Notes under the pieces: generated by a model
What the model was told of the DNA's origin: nothing
What the model saw: only the letters and a program-made list of their open reading frames with translations
Database searches by the model: none
From: Squalus acanthias
Taxonomy: Eukaryota
Direction: 5' to 3'
NCBI GenBank assembly: GCA_030390025.1
Contig: CM059431.1
Span: forward strand, 107,758,001 to 107,822,000
Length of the DNA: 64,000 nucleotides
Shown: positions 63,328 to 64,000 of the stretch, one piece after another
How positions within the stretch are numbered: the stretch's first letter is position 1
Layout: the number at the start of each line of letters is the position of its first letter
Translations under genes and position numbers: made by a program

Positions 63328-63365
63328 TTACAAGCTTTCGGAGCTATCGCTCCTTCGTCAGGTAA
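63328..63365 (-). ncRNA. Minimal hammerhead ribozyme motif
   Basis: UUAC-CUGACGA-A-GGAGC(GAUA)GCUCC-GAAA-GC-UU-GUAA. Helix I is UUAC/GUAA, helix II is 5 bp, and helix III is replaced by the palindrome AAGCUU. Confidence 0.75.
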
Positions 63366-63576
63366 GTTAGCAATGAGAGAATCTCCCAGAATTCACAATT
63401 TAAACCCAGACAAAATCTATTCACATTATTCGCTACAACAAAGAGCACAGCCAAGACAATGAGATGTGTCCCAGGGGGTCCAGCGTGTCAAACCACCTGC
63501 TGGCTGCATATCCTGTCAATTTGTGTTCTTGTGTTTTTAAAAAAAAACACCTGGGAAGACCGGCCATGATGTCAAG

Positions 63577-64000
63577 TCACGTTCTGTATCGTGACATGAA
63601 CCCGATATCGCGATTGAGGCCATCCTCATGAGTGCGGAACTTGGCTATCAGTTTCTGCTCTATGATTTTGCGCTGTCGTGTATCTCGAAGGCCGCCTTGG
63701 AGAACGCTTACCCGCAGATCCGAGGCTGAATGCCCCTGGCTGCTGAAGTGTTCCCCGACTGGGAGGCAACCCTCCTGCCTGGCGATTGTTGCGCGGTGTC
63801 CGTTCATACGTTGTCTCAGTGTCTGCATGGTCTCGCCGATGTACCATGCTCTGGAGCATCCTTTACTGTAACGTATCAGGTAGACAACGTTGGCCGAGTC
63901 ACATGAGTATGTACCGTGTACCTGGTGGGTAGTGTCCTCACGTGTAATGATGGTATCTGTGTCCATGATTTGGCATGTCTTGCAGAGGTTGCCGTGGCAG
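63577..64000 (-). CDS. Penelope GIY-YIG endonuclease domain (partial)
   Basis: C.SANVVYLI...WYIGET..TLRQRMNGHR...VGEHF...H...EQKLI..F.T..DGLN. Confidence 0.88.
   Translation of the reverse strand, partial: CHGNLCKTCQIMDTDTIITREDTTHQVHGTYSCDSANVVYLIRYSKGCSRAWYIGETMQTLRQRMNGHRATIARQEGCLPVGEHFSSQGHSASDLRVSVLQGGLRDTRQRKIIEQKLIAKFRTHEDGLNRDIGFMSRYRT

Larger units (their letters stand above)
63240..64000 (-). mobile_element. Penelope-like retroelement 3' end, running off the window
   Basis: A GIY-YIG ORF followed by a terminal repeat containing a hammerhead core. Confidence 0.88.

Overview
This window is eukaryotic, almost certainly vertebrate intronic or intergenic DNA. The repeat families (several CR1 subfamilies, DeuSINE/SacSINE1-like SINEs, Penelope termini) point to a cartilaginous fish, which is an inference. 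Most of the 64 kb is decayed, often nested transposons: CR1 LINEs, a second CR1/L2-group LINE with its partner SINE, L2 3' ends, one two-gene PIF/Harbinger element plus three internally deleted derivatives and several MITEs, three solo LTRs, and a Penelope GIY-YIG element. No intact host gene, RNA gene or prokaryotic system is visible. The most interesting signals are (1) a Crypton-type tyrosine-recombinase-like sequence at 13310-14240, whose 5' part keeps a ~168-codon open frame behind a splice acceptor while the catalytic half has decayed, suggesting possible exaptation; (2) a minimal hammerhead ribozyme in the Penelope terminus at 63328-63365; (3) two same-family solo LTRs inserted independently in inverted orientation; (4) Harbinger derivatives carrying a small His/Gln-rich ORF and a compact promoter-like cassette; and (5) a faint hAT transposase relic. 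All family assignments come from motif recognition by eye, and many boundaries are approximate.
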